DNA from: Mobula hypostoma
Lineage: Eukaryota
NCBI RefSeq assembly: GCF_963921235.1
Contig: NC_086098.1
Span: 4,712,001-4,776,000 of the forward strand
Reading direction: 5' to 3'
Length of the DNA: 64,000 nt
In this document: piece after piece, positions 51,263-64,000 of the stretch
How the letters are laid out: each line of letters opens with the position of its first letter
Numbering within the stretch: position 1 is the first letter of the stretch
The notes under the pieces: generated by a model
Told to the model about the DNA's origin: nothing
Seen by the model: only the letters and a program-made list of their open reading frames with translations
Database searches by the model: none
Position numbers and translations under genes: made by a program

Positions 51263-51543
51263 GAGTTTACAGTGTGTATAAAAAGTATTCACCTCCCCCC
51301 ACCTTGAAAGATTTCATTTTAATTATTTTACAAACATTGAATCACAGTGGATTTAATTTGGCTTTTTTTGACTCTGATCATCAGAAAAAGACTTTCTTGT
51401 CAGTGAAAAAGTGATCTAAATTAATAACAAATATAAAACAGAAAATAATTGATTGTAAAAGTATTCACCCCGTTCAAGTCAGTATTTAGTTGATGCACCT
51501 TTGGCAGCAAATAAAGCCTTGAGTCTGTGTGGATAGGCCTCTC

Positions 51544-54172
51544 ATAACCTTACCTCTCAATAAATGAGTCCTTATGGGTGGAGCTGAGAAACAGGAAAGG
51601 TATGGCCACATTAGTGGGATTGTATTACAGACCACCCAATAGTCAACAAGAATTGGAAGAGCAAATCTGCAGAGAGATAGCAAGCATCTGCAGGAAACAT
51701 AAAGTTGTGGTGGTAGGGGATTTTAATTTTCCATATATTGATTGGGACTCCCATACTGTTAAGGGTCTAGATGGTTTAGAGTTTGTAAAATGCGTTCAGG
51801 AAAGTTTTCTAAATCAATATATAGAGGGACCAACTAGAGGGGATGCAATATTGGATCTCCTGTTAGGAAACAAGTTAGGACAAGTGACAGAAGTCTGTGT
51901 AGGGGAGCACTTCGGTTCCAGTGACCATAACACCATTAGTTTCAATTTGATCATGGACAAGGATAGATCTGGTCCTAGGGTTGAGGTTCTTAACTGGAAG
52001 AAGGCCAAATTTGAAGAAATGAGAAAGGATCTAAAAAGCAGGGATTGGGACAGGTTGTTCTCTGGCAAGGATGTGATCGGCAGGTGGGAAGCCTTCAAAG
52101 GAGAAATTTTGAGAGTGCAGAATTTGTATGTTCCTGTCAGCATTAAAGGCAAAATGAATAGGAATAAGGAACCTTGGTTCTCAAGGCATATTGCAACTCT
52201 GATAAAGAAGAAGAGGGAGTTGTATGACATGTATAGGAAGCAGGGAGTAAATAAGGTGCTTGAGGAGTATAAGAAGTGCAAGAAAATACTTAAGAAAGAA
52301 ATCAGGAGGGCTAAAAGAAGACATGAGGTTGCCTTGGCAGTCAAAGTGAAGGATAATCCAAAGAGTTTTTACAGGTGTATTAAGAGCAAAAGGATTGTAA
52401 GGGATAAAATTGATCCTCTTGAAGATCAGAGTGTCAGCTACGTGTGGAACCAAAGGAAATGGGGGAGATCTTAAATAGGTTTTTTGCGTCTGTATTTACT
52501 AAGGAAACTGGCATGGAGTCTATGGAATTAAGGGAAACATGTAGTGAGATCATGGAAACTGTACAGATTGAAAAGGAAGAGATCCTTGCTGTCTTGAGGA
52601 AAATTAAAGTGGATAAATCCCCGGGACCTGACAGGGTGTTCCCTCAGATCTTGAAGGAGACTAGTGTTGAAATTGCAGGGGCCCTGGCAGAAATATTTAA
52701 AATGTAGCTGTCTACAGGTGAGGTGCCGGAGGATTGGAGAGTGGCTCATGTTGTTCTGTTGTTTAAAAAAGGATCGAAAAGTAATCCGGGAAATTATAGG
52801 CCAGTAAGTTTAACGTCGGTAGTAGGTAAGTTATTGGAGGGAGTACTAAGAGACAGAAGCTACAAGCATTTGGATAGACAGGGGCTTATTAGGGAGAGTC
52901 AACATGGCTTTGTGCGTGGTAGGTCATGTTTGACCAATCTATTGGAGTTTTTCGAGGAGGTTACCAGGAAAGTGGATGAAGGGAAAGCAGTGGATGTTGT
53001 CTACATGGACTTCAGTAAGGCCTTTGACAAGGTCCCGCATGGGAGGTTAGTTAGGAAAATTCAGTTGCTAGGTATACATGGAGAGGTGGTAAATTGGATT
53101 AGACATTGGCTCAATGGAAGAAGACAAAGAGTGGTAGTAGAGAATTGCTTCTCTGAGTGGAGGCCTGTGACTAGTGGTGTGCCACAGGGATCAGTGCTGG
53201 GTCCATTGTTATTTGTCATCTATATCAATGATCTGGATGATAATGTGGTAAATTGGATCATCAAATTTGCTGATGACACAAAGATTGGAGGTGTAGTAGA
53301 CAGTGAGGAAGGTTTTCAGAGCCTGCAGAGGGACTTGGACCAGCTGGAAAAATGAGCTGAAAAATAGCAGATGGAGTTTAATACAGACAAGTGTGAGGTA
53401 TTGCACATTGGAAGGACAAACCAAGGTAGAACATACAGGGTTAATGGTAAGGCACTGAGGAGTACAGTGGAACAGAGGGATCTGGGAATACAGATACAAA
53501 ATTCCCTAAAAGTGGCGTCACAGGTAGATAGGGTCGTAAAGAGAGCTTTTGGTACATTGGCCTTTATTAATCAAAGTATTGAGTATAAGAGCTGGAATGT
53601 TATGATGAGGTTGTATAAGGCATTGGTGAGGCCGAATCTGGAGTATTGTGTTCAGTTTTGGTCACCAAATTACAGGAAGGATATAAATAAGGTTGAAAGA
53701 GTGCAGAGAAGGTTTACAAGGATGTTGCTGGGACTTGAGAAACGCAGTTACAGACAAAGGTTGAATAGGTTAGAACTTTATTCCCTGGAGCGTAGAAGAA
53801 TGAGGGGAGATTTGATAGAGGTATATAAAATTATGATGGGTATAGATAGTGAATGCAAGCAGGCTTTTTCCACTGAGGCAAGGGGAGAAAAAAACCAGAG
53901 GACATGGGCTAAGGGTGAGGGGGGAAAAGTTTAAAGGGAGCATTAGGGGGGGCTTCTTCACACAGAGTGGTAGGAGTATGGAATGAGTTGCCAGACGAGG
54001 TGGTAAATGCGGGTTTTTTAACATTTAAGAATAAATTGGACAGATACATGGATGGGAGGCGTATGGAGGGATATGGTCCGTGTGCAGGTCAGTGGGACTA
54101 GGCAGAAAATGGTTCGGCACAGCCAAGAAGGGCCAAAAGGCCTGTTTCTGTGCTGTAGTTTCTGTGGTTTCT
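51544..54172 (+). mobile_element. Young CR1, ORF2 (partial endonuclease plus RT) with few disruptions
   Basis: ORFs 51578-53934 with VVVGDFNFP, SDH, FSKAFDKV and FADD. Tail tttctgtggtttcta. Confidence 0.95.
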
Positions 54173-55147
54173 ATCAGCTTTGCACATCTGGACACTGCAA
54201 TTTTTTCCCATTCTTCTTTACAAAACTGCAAGCTGTCGATTGCATGGGGAGCAGCCCTTTACAAGTACAGCCACAAATTCTCAGTTGGATTGAGGTCTGG
54301 ACTCTGACTTGGTCACTCCAGGACATTATCTTTGTTGTGTTTAAGCCATTCCTGTATAGCTTTGGCTTTATGCTTGGGATCATTATCTAACTGGAAAATA
54401 AATCTTCTCCCAAGTTGCAGTTCTCTTATAGACTACATTAGGTTTTCCTCCAGGATTTCCCTGTATTTTGCTGCATTCATTTTACCCTCTACCATCACAA
54501 GTCTTCCAGGGCCTGTTGCAGTGAAGCATCCCCACAGCATGATGCAGCCACCACAATCTTCACAGTCGGGATGGTGTGTTTTTGATGTGTGGGGTTTGGC
54601 TTACAGTAAACATAACATTTAGTCTGATGGCCTGAAAGCTCAATTTTGGTTTCATCAGACCATAGAACCTTTTTCCAGCTGACTTCAGATTCTCTCACAT
54701 GCCTTCTGGCAAACTCTAGCTGAGATTTCATGTGAGATTTTTTCAACAGTGGCTTTCTCTTTGCCACTGTCCCATAAAGCTGTGACTGGTGAAGTACCCG
54801 GGCAACAGTTGTTGTGTGTGCAGTCTCTCCCATCTCAGCTACTAAAGGTTGTAACTCCTCCAGAGTTGTCATACATCTTTTGGTTATCTCCCTCAATAGT
54901 CCCCTTCTTGCACGGTCACTCAGTTTTTGAGGATGGCCTACTCTAGGCAGATTTACAGCTGTACCATATTCTTTCCATTCCTTGATGATTGACTTAACTG
55001 TACTCAGGGATATTCAGTGACTTGGAAATTTTCTTGTGTCCATCTCCTGACTTGTGCTTTTCAATAACCTTTTTGCTGAGCTGCTTGGAGTGTTCTTTTG
55101 TCTTCATGATGTAGTCTTTGCCAGGAGACTGACTCACCAGCAGTTGG

Positions 55148-58100
55148 AACAACTTCTTCTTCTCCTGGTTTTACGGCGGTTGTCACCCAGCTTAATGGTG
55201 CATTACCGCCACCCTCTGCTCCAGAGTGTGCAATAGACTTGCATTCTAAATTCCTTCACCCAATCTCTCTCTCACACACCCCACACCCCACACACACAAT
55301 CCTCCCATCTTTGGCCATCCTAGTACCCTATTCCTGCTTATCCATCATATCCTATAAAAAAACCCCTGTACCCCTTAAGAAAGCTAAAAATACCCTGACC
55401 TGTGTTCTCATCCATGCCCAGCAACCCTTTTAATGTGAATTCCTGCACCCCAATTCCCTTAGATTAATTCTCATCATCTCTCTCTGTATCCCATACTTCC
55501 TGCAACTCAGAACTGCATGTTCTACTGACTCCTCTTCCTGACATTCCTCGCACAATCCTGCCTGGTGTTTCCCTATCATTTTCAATGTTTTGTTTAATGC
55601 ACAATGCCCCAGCCTTAACCTAGTCCACACAGTCTCCTCTCTTCTGTATCCACCACCGACCCTAGTACCTGCAACAGTCTTTTGTATTTGATATAAATGC
55701 CTCCCTTTCCCCTCCCTGTCCCATCTTTCTTGCCACATTCGGTTGACTTTTTCCCAGATTACACACTTAACCTGTGCTTTACTGGTACTAATGTGCATTT
55801 CCACATTTTCTTTCTTTAACGCCCTCTTTGCCAACTCATCCACCCTCTCATTCCCCTTCACCCCTACATGTGCTGGAACCCATAGAAATTTTACCTGACC
55901 TCCCTGATTTGCAATTCTTGTAACTAACTGAAGGACTTCATAAAGTACATCTTGCAGACTGTTTGTGTGAAAAGACCTTAAACTTGCTAGAACTGAGGAT
56001 GAATCTGAACATATCAATGCTTTGGCTTGTCTGGCTTTCTACACCCATTGCAACACAACCAACACTGCCAGCATCTCCACTGTAAACACCCTTAACTTAT
56101 TAGATGTTCTTCTGCTGATTCCAATTTCTTTCGCTGGTATTACCACCCCAAACCCTGTCACTCCTGTTTCAGGTTCCTTTGCACTATCCGTATAAATCTG
56201 AGTATAATCACTATATTTTTCCATCACATGACAGTTAAATGCATTTACCAAATCAATGTTATATTTTCCTTTCCTTTTTACCTCTAACAAATGCCAGTCT
56301 ATGTCAGGCCATACAGTCTTCCATGGAGCTACAACCGGATAAACTACTGAAGAACTTATCCTTAGATCAAACACTCCACATTCTTTAGCAATATCATTCC
56401 CTACCCGACTAAAGGTATCCCTCTGAAACCTCCCATTTTCCCAGCACTCCTGCAACACTCCTTTAGTAGGGTGAGAATCATTGTGCCCCTGCAAGTTAGC
56501 CCAGTAGTTTGCCATCAGTTGCATCCTTCTTAGTTCCACAGGCATTACTCCCACTTCTACCTGTAGGGTTGATACTGGTGATGTTTTAAAAGCCCCACTG
56601 CACACTCTCAAGGCCTGAGCCTGAATCACATCCAGTTTCCTTATAAGAGACCTAGTTGCTGATCCATTTGCATTATTTCCATAGTCCAACACAGACCTTA
56701 CTAAAGCCACATACGTTCTCTTCAATGCTGAACAACTTGCTCCCCATTCCCTACCAGTCAAACATCTCATCACATTTATTACTTTTTCACATTTCTCCTC
56801 AACTTTCCTGATATGGTCTGCCCATGTTAATCGTGAGTCAAATACAACTCCCAGAAAGTTAAATGATCCAACTCTTTCTAATTCAATCTCATACATCCTT
56901 AACTTCTTCCCTACCTCAACTCTTTCCCTGGTGAAAAATACAGTTTGAGTTTTTTCAACTGAAAATCTACGTCCCCAAACATAACCCCACTCCACCACTT
57001 CATCAATTGCTCCTTGTAGTTTCCTGATTATATGCTCCATGTTCCTGCCTCTTTTCCATAAGGCCCCATCATCCGCAAACAGTGACCTACCTATATCCAC
57101 TGGTACCTTTGTGAAAACATCATTGATCATAACGATGAAAAGTAACGGGCTAAAGTAAAAGTAACGATCCCCCATATTGTGCTATGAGCATTGAAATCTG
57201 CACTCACACTACTTTGTCTGTTTTGTCCTTGTATCCTTAATAGGCTGCCCAAATCCAACCTTTTACATGGATTGTAGTAGTTAATTATAACCATTTCTTC
57301 CCCTCTCTCCCACACGTCCACCACCATGTATTCCTGATCATCTCCTTTTTCCAGCACCCTATATGGTATACCTTGCATGATTAACATAGCACAACCCCCT
57401 CCTCCCCCTAGATTTCTATCTTTCCTTATCATTGTATACCCATATACCACAAAGTCTAAAGTTGGTTTCAACCAAGTTTCCTGAATACACACTACATCCA
57501 GTTTTACAACCATTTCTTTAATAAATTTCTTGAATTCCTGGCTACTGGCCAGTAAGCTCCTTGCATTCCATTGTAAAAGAATCACCATACAGTAATTAGT
57601 ATTAACCAACTCATGACACTTCCTGGCTGGACTGATTAGTGAGGTTCTCCCTCACTTCCTCCCATGTCAGTCCTACTAACCCTAAATGGTTCACTGCTGC
57701 TTTGACCACCAGCTGAGTTTTGTCATTTTTTGACTTTACCTCAGCCGTACTATTAATCACTCTGGCAATGAATGTTATTAGAGCCTTTTTGTCTACATAA
57801 ATCCTGTCATTTGTTCTTTGTGGCATCTCTTGCATCCCTATTGCTCTCTGTTCATTAGGAGCATTATTCTCTTCTCTTGACATTCTTATAGCTTCTGCAT
57901 AAATGATCTTCCTTTTCACTCTTATTTCTTGAATTTTATTCTCCCGTCTCATAACTTCACACCCACTATATGCCACATTATGAGCTCCTCCACAATTGCA
58001 GCATTTTGGTTGCACTCCTGTTCCGCACTTCCCATATTCATGATCACCCCCACATCTTCTCTGCCTTTTATAGTCTTTAGGTAAGTGTCCAAACCTTTGA

Positions 58101-60495
58101 CAATCATAGCACCGCAATGGCTTTAGTACATACCCCCTTACTGGGTAACTTAAGAAACCCAGGAACACTTTCCTCAGCACTCTTTCAAATTCAGTCAATA
58201 CTGTTTCACTTCTTCCTTTGTTGTTTTCAGTCTTTGAACATTCATTACCATAGAACCATAGAAACTGCAGCACAGAAACAGGCCTTTTGGCCCTTCTTGG
58301 CTGTGCCGAACCATTTTCTGCCTAGTCCCACTGACCTGCACACGGACCATATCCCTCCATACACCTCCCATCCATGTATCTGTCCAATTTATTCTTAAAT
58401 GTTGAAAAAGAACCCGCATTTACCACCTCATCTGGCAGCTCATTCCATACTCCCACCACTCTGTGTGAAGAAGCCCCCCCCTAATGTTCCCTTTAAACTT
58501 TCCCCCCTCACCCTTAACCCATGTCCTCTGGTTTTTTTTCTCCCCTTGCCTCAGTGGAAAAAGCCTGCTTGCATTCACTCTATCTATACCCATCATAATC
58601 TCCCCTCATTCTTCTACGCTCCAGGGAATAAAGTCCTAACCTATTCAACCTTTCTCTGTAACTGAGTTTCTCAAGTCCCAGCAACATCCTTGTAAACCTT
58701 CTCTGCACTCTTTCAACCTTATTTATATCCTTCCTGTAATTTGGTGACCAAAACTGAACACAATACTCCAGATTCGGCCTCACCAATGCCTTATACAACC
58801 TCATCATAACATTCCAGCTCTTATACTCAATACTTTGATTAATAAAGGCCAATGTACCAAAAGCTCTCTTTACGACCCTATCTACCTGTGACGACACCTT
58901 TAGGGAATTTTGTATCTGTATTCCCAGATCCCTCTGTTCCACTGCACTCCTCAGTGCCTTACCATTAACCCTGTATGTTCTACGTTGGTTTGTCCTTCCA
59001 ACGTGCAATACCTCACACTTGTCAGTATTAAACTCCATCTGCCATTTTTCAGCCCATTTTTCCAGCTGGTCCAAGTCCCTTTGCAGGCTCTGAAAACCTT
59101 CCTCACTGTCTACTACACCTCCAATCTTTGTATCATCAGCAAACTTGCTGATCCAATTTACCACCTTATCATCCAGATCATTGATATAGATGACAAATAA
59201 CAATGGACCCAGCATTGATCCCTGTGGCACACCACTAGTCACAGGCCTCCACTCAGAGAAGCAATTCTCTACCACCACTCTCTGGCTTCTTCCATCGAGC
59301 CAATGTCTAATCCAATTTACCACCTCTCCATGTATACCTAGCGACTGAATTTTCCTAACTAACCTCCCAAGCGGGACCTTGTCAAAGGCCTTACTGAAGT
59401 CCATGTAGACAATATCCACTGCCTTCCCTTCATCCACTTTCCTGGTAACCTCCTCGTAAAACTCCAATAGATTGGTCAAACGTGATCTACCACACACAAA
59501 GCCATGTTGACTCTCCCTAATAAGCCCCTGTTTATCCAAATGCTTGTAGATTCTGTCTCTTAGTACTCCCTCCAATAACTTACCTACTACTGACGTTAAA
59601 CTCACCGGCCTATAATTTCCCGGATTACTTTTCGATCCTTTTTTAAACAACGGAACAACATGAGCCACTCTCCAATCCTCCGGCACTTCACCCGTAGACA
59701 GCGACATTTTAAATATTTCTGCCAGGGCCCCCACAATTTCAACACTAGTCTCCTTCAAGGTCTGAGGGAACACCCTGTCAGGTCCCGGGGATTTATCCAC
59801 TTTAATTTTCCTCAAGACAGCAAGCACCTCCTCCTTTTCAATCTGTACAGTTTCCATGGTCTCACTACTTGATTCCCTCAATTACTTTTCCTCCTTTGAT
59901 ATTCTTCTTTAACTCCTCTATAATTATACTTATTGGTGCCCCCGTGATCACTCCTTTACATCCACCACCATTTCATGCTCCCACCCTCCCTGTGTATTCC
60001 ACCTTGCATTTTCCTATCTCTTTTAGCTTGAGTGCTTTCTCAAGTTGTTCCTCATTTGCACATCTTACCAATAGGTTGCCATCATTAAGGACTTTTGCAA
60101 ATACTATTTCCCCTATCTTATTTGCCCGAGTTGTTGTTAGCATAAACAGGATCATTTTCTTCATGTTTCCTTGAGCCTTCTCATTAAACCTAATCATGAC
60201 AACACCTTCTCTCTGAATTTGTTCATCTTCCTCACTTTCAGAACTCTCTCCATTGTCATTTCTTATTCTTTTATTCCCTTTGTCTCAGTTTTCATTCATC
60301 CATCCGCTCACTATCTTCTCATTCCCTTTATTTCTTCCTTCACAATAATCCATTTCTCCCCAGCTGCCTGCTTCTAGTCCCAGCTCATTGCCTCATTCCT
60401 CACACACCCCGCGACAATGATGATGATGGCGGCGGCAACAGCCGCCTGCCTGCCCATCCAACCCCATCCCCCCATCCCATCCAGACATTCAGACC
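55148..60495 (-). mobile_element. Nimb/I-clade LINE with both ends, RNase H and an internal deletion
   Basis: TSD cagttgg at 55141-55147 and 60496-60502. ORF1 with CCHC knuckles, endonuclease (LQWNARSL, CIQETW), RT (SPLLF, LFADD), RNase H (IYTDS, CSDS, WVPAHVGVKGNERVDELAK) and C-terminal CEEC...H...C. (GAA)n tail. Confidence 0.9.
58249..59880 (-). mobile_element. Young CR1 inserted in ORF1 of the Nimb/I element
   Basis: 433-aa RT ORF. TSD attac at 58244-58248 and 59881-59885. Confidence 0.93.
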
Positions 60496-62735
60496 CAGTT
60501 GGGCCTTCCAGATCCAGGTGTATTTTTACTACAGTCAGTTGAAACACCTTGACTGCACACAGTGATCTCCATTTAACTAATTATGTGACTTCTAAAACCA
60601 ATTGGCTGCAGCAGTGATGATTTGGTGTGTCATATTAAAGGGAGTGAATACTTATGCAATCAATAATTTTGTGTTTTATACTTGCAATTAATTTAGATCA
60701 CTTTGTAGACATCTGTTTTCACTGTGTCAAAAAAAGCCGGATTAAATCCACTGTGATTCAATACTGTAAAACAATAAAACATGAAAACTTCCGGGGAGGC
60801 GGGGGAGAATAATTTTTATAGGCACTATATATTCTGATAGTATTAGAAGGGATATTAAACTTGGAGATATTTGGGGAATGATTAAGAAAATGGGGAGATT
60901 CATAGAGTTAATAACATTCTGGTTTTGATTAATGAAGGTAATATGATGGTGAAGGTGGAGTTATTGGCTGCATTTTAAGTGAAGAGGTTAAACAATGAAG
61001 GGATAAGTTTCTAAGTGAATGCCCTGAGGCTGAGGTGATGAAAGCCAGCTGTAGCAATGTCAGTTTCACTGATGCAGAGTTTTCTTTCTGTGCATTTAAG
61101 ACTATCATTAATGCTGGTCAGACTTCTCCAGGAAAGGATGATATATGTTATTGTATGATTAGATATATGACTAACAACTCTCTTGAGATAATATTAACAT
61201 TTTGAATCATATTGGAAGGTTAGGCCATCTCCCTTCCTCATGGAAAATGGTATTAGTAGTGCCTGTTCTAAACCCTGAGAAACCCTTGTCAGATCTTACT
61301 AGTTATAGACCAATATGATTAATGTCTTATTGTGTAAACTTAAGGAACATGTGGTAATAGAGTGGTTGAATTATATTCTGGAAATTTTATCAGAGTGGAT
61401 TTTTATCACCATTTTATCAGAGTGGATTTTGGAAGGGTAGAATGACATTGGATTCAGTTTTATGTTTGGAAGATGATATTAGGAAAGCCCAGGTAAATAA
61501 GAAATTGTATTAGCAGTATTTTTGGTATTGAAAAGGCATATGATATGTTATGGAAGGAAGGTCTTTTGATTAAATTATGGATATTAGGAGTGAGGTGAAA
61601 ATTGTATAATTTCTTTGAGTTCTTTATTCAGATAGTCTGCAGGTAAGGGTGGACAAGTTACTGTATATTTGGATTTCTATGAATGGGACCCCACAAAGCA
61701 GTGGTTGTAACCCTTTATTACTAATATAATGATATTTTCTCTGGGATAGGTACTGGGGTGCATAAATCACTGAATGCAGATGATGGCGCTTTATGAATTA
61801 GAAGCAGAAATTTCAATTTTACTGTATATAAGATGCAATTAGCAATTAATAAGTTTGAACAGCGGGCAAATAAACGGGGATTTAAGCTTTCAGTAACTAA
61901 AACACAAGTTATGTGTTTTACAAAGAGGATCAATAGACTTGCACTTGATTTGAAATTCTACGGTTAAACTCTTGAAGCAGTGTCAGTAGTAAGATTTCTC
62001 AGCATGTGTCTGGATAATAATCTGACGTGGAAACACCATATCAGTAAAATAACTGGTAAATGCAAAGGAGATTTAATATTCTCAGGTGTCTATGTGGGTA
62101 TCCTTAGTGGGTTTCATGAAAATCTTTGTTGACCATTTATATTTGTTTAATTAGATCATGCTTGATTGTGACTGTGTGGTTTATGAATCAGCTTCATCTT
62201 TAACTTTAAAGAGTTTGGATGTGACAGAAGCACAGGCTTTAAGATTGTGTTGTGGTGCAATTAAGTTATCCCCAGTTTTGGTTTTACCGGTTGAAGTAGG
62301 ACAATTACCCTTACACTTGTGGAAGTTGAAGTTAACACACTGGATTAATTTGAGGGGCAAAGAAATGATCATCCTGTCAAAAGTGTGTTGGAGTACTGCT
62401 GGGAACATCACAAGAAGAATATTTTTAGTTTTGGCTGGCTGAGTTTGTATCACATTAGGAATATGGGTTTGCTAGATTATGCTATAATCTGCTAACCCCA
62501 CCTTGTATTTTAGGTTGCACGATTTCATGAAGTCCAAGGATCCTGATATGCTAGAGAGTCCATTGGTTCATCAATATGTTAAGGAAAATTATTATGATAT
62601 GTTAACCATTTTTACTGATGGATCAAAAGATAATTTAACTGGGAATGTTAGTGTGGTTATTTTTGTGCCTGAATTACAGGTAATGATAAAGAAATGTCTT
62701 ACGAACCATTTATCAGTATATACAGCACAAGTATT

Positions 62736-64000
62736 TGCGTGGAGATATTTGCATGACATTCTGCATAGGTATGTTCCAATGAGACTGGGAAAGGATGGTA
62801 GGGTACAGGAAACATGACATACAAAGGCTGTTGAAAATCTAGTCAAGAAGAAAGGAAAAGCTTAACAGGTTGAAAAAAACTAGGTAATGATAGAGATCTA
62901 GAAGATTATAAGGCAAGCAGAAAGGAGCTTAAGAATGAAATTAGGACAGTCAGAAGGGGCCATGAGAAGGCCTTGGCGAGCAGGATTAAAGAAAACCCCA
63001 AGGCATTCTACAAGTATGTGAAGAGCAAGAGGATAAGACGTGAGAGAATAGGACCAGTCAGGTGTGATAGTGGAAAAGTGTGTATGGAACCAGAGGAGAT
63101 AGCAGAGGTACATAATGAATACTTTATAACCATATAACAATTACAGCACGGAAACAGGCCATCTCGGCCCTTCTAGTCCGTGCCGAACTCTTACTCTCAC
63201 CGAGTCCCACCAACCTGCACTCAGCCCATAACCCTCCATTCCTTTCCTGTCCTTATAGTTGTCCAGTTTAACTTTAAACGACAACATCGAACCTGCCTCA
63301 ACCACTTCTGCTGGAAACTCGTTCCGCACAGCCACCACTCTCTGAGTAAAGAAGTTCCCCCTCATGTTACCCCTAAACTTTTGCCCTTTAACTCTCAACT
63401 CATGTCCTCTTGTTTGAATCTCCCCCACTCTCAATGGAAAAAGCCAATCCACGTCAACTCTATCTATCCCCCTCATAATTTTGAATACCTCTATCAAGTC
63501 CCCTCTCAACCTTCTACGTTCCAAATATTTTGCTTTGCTTCAAAATACTTTGCTTCAGTATTCACTATGTAAAAGGATCTTGGTGATTGTAGGTAGGGAT
63601 GAATTACAGCAGATTGAAAAGCTTGAGCATACAGACATTAAGAAAGAGGATGTGCTGGAGCTTTTGGAAAACCTCAAGTTGGATAAGTTTCCGGGACTGG
63701 ATGAGATGTACCCCAGACTACTGTGGGAGGCAAGGGAGGAGATTTCTGAGCCTCTGGCAATAATCTTTGCATTGTTAAAGGGGACAAGAGAGGTTTCAGA
63801 GGATTGGAGGGTTGCAGATGTTGTTCCCTTATTCAAGAAAGGGAGTAGAGATAGCCCAGGAAATTATAAACCAGTGAGTCTTTCTTCAGTGGTTGGTAAG
63901 TTGATGGAGAAGATCCTGAAAAGCAGGATTTATGAACATTTGGAGAAGCATAATATAATTAAGAATAGTCAGCATGGCTTTGTCAAAGGCAGGTCATGCC
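62736..64000 (+). mobile_element. CR1 ORF2 fragment running off the window, with nested CR1 3' end (minus, 63125-63524)
   Basis: gattggagggttgcagatgttgttcccttattcaagaaagg motif. aatacttt is duplicated around the nested copy. Confidence 0.85.

Larger units (their letters stand above)
51270..60827 (-). mobile_element. Tc1-like transposon with long TIRs, interrupted by CR1 and Nimb/I insertions
   Basis: TA-flanked TIRs cagtgtgtataaaaagtattcacc...ttgaatcacagtggatttaat and their complement at about 60600-60827. Transposase remnants KRKPLLKKSH...KVLWSDETKIEL at 54174-55110. Confidence 0.88.
49190..62735 (+). mobile_element. Old Nimb/I-clade LINE split by a Tc1 and other insertions (own sequence about 49190-51160 and 60828-62735)
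   Basis: Gag-like zinc knuckles (YKCQGFGH; CWNCGGEH), endonuclease (ILQW, QETW, TDHFPV), RT remnants at 61100-62100 and RNase H start IFTDGSK. Confidence 0.75.

Noticed and set aside
61384..61430. Direct repeat attttatcagagtggatttt x2
   Set aside because: A local two-copy duplication in a decayed LINE, not an array. No CRISPR-like or prokaryotic features were seen in the window.
36807..64000. Upstream FHL coding exons (half-LIM and LIM1)
   Set aside because: I scanned the non-repeat gaps by eye and found no LIM pattern. A WH codon pair near 37160 lacks the Cys spacing. The exons probably lie beyond the window.

Overview
This is a repeat-dense vertebrate genomic window. The repeat repertoire (CR1-dominated, HE1/V-SINE-like SINEs, fish-type L1, Rex1/Babar, Nimb/I) suggests a cartilaginous fish, which is an inference. 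The only host gene I can support is the 3' part of a four-and-a-half-LIM gene (FHL5-like) on the minus strand. It has three GT-AG exons of 170, 187 and 152 coding bp at 36806-36637, 35335-35149 and 29768-29617; the upstream exons were not found. The rest is mostly nested transposons, many with readable target-site duplications (TSDs): two full-length L1s one inside the other, many CR1s, a Tigger/pogo derivative, Tc1s, a hAT relic, two Nimb/I LINEs, Rex1/Babar, HERO-like RLE LINE ends, SINEs and a probable solo LTR. The most striking observation is a shared RNA fold at the 3' ends of two sequence-divergent HERO-like elements (22105-22218 +, 10651-10768 -). Both contain the whole hammerhead catalytic core (CUGANGA, GAAA, GUH) in a non-standard, pseudoknotted strand order, with a kink-turn and two helices inserted between A9 and G10.1, and the helices covary between copies. 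Minimal Penelope-type hammerhead relics also occur. All folds and family calls were made by eye, and many repeat boundaries are approximate.
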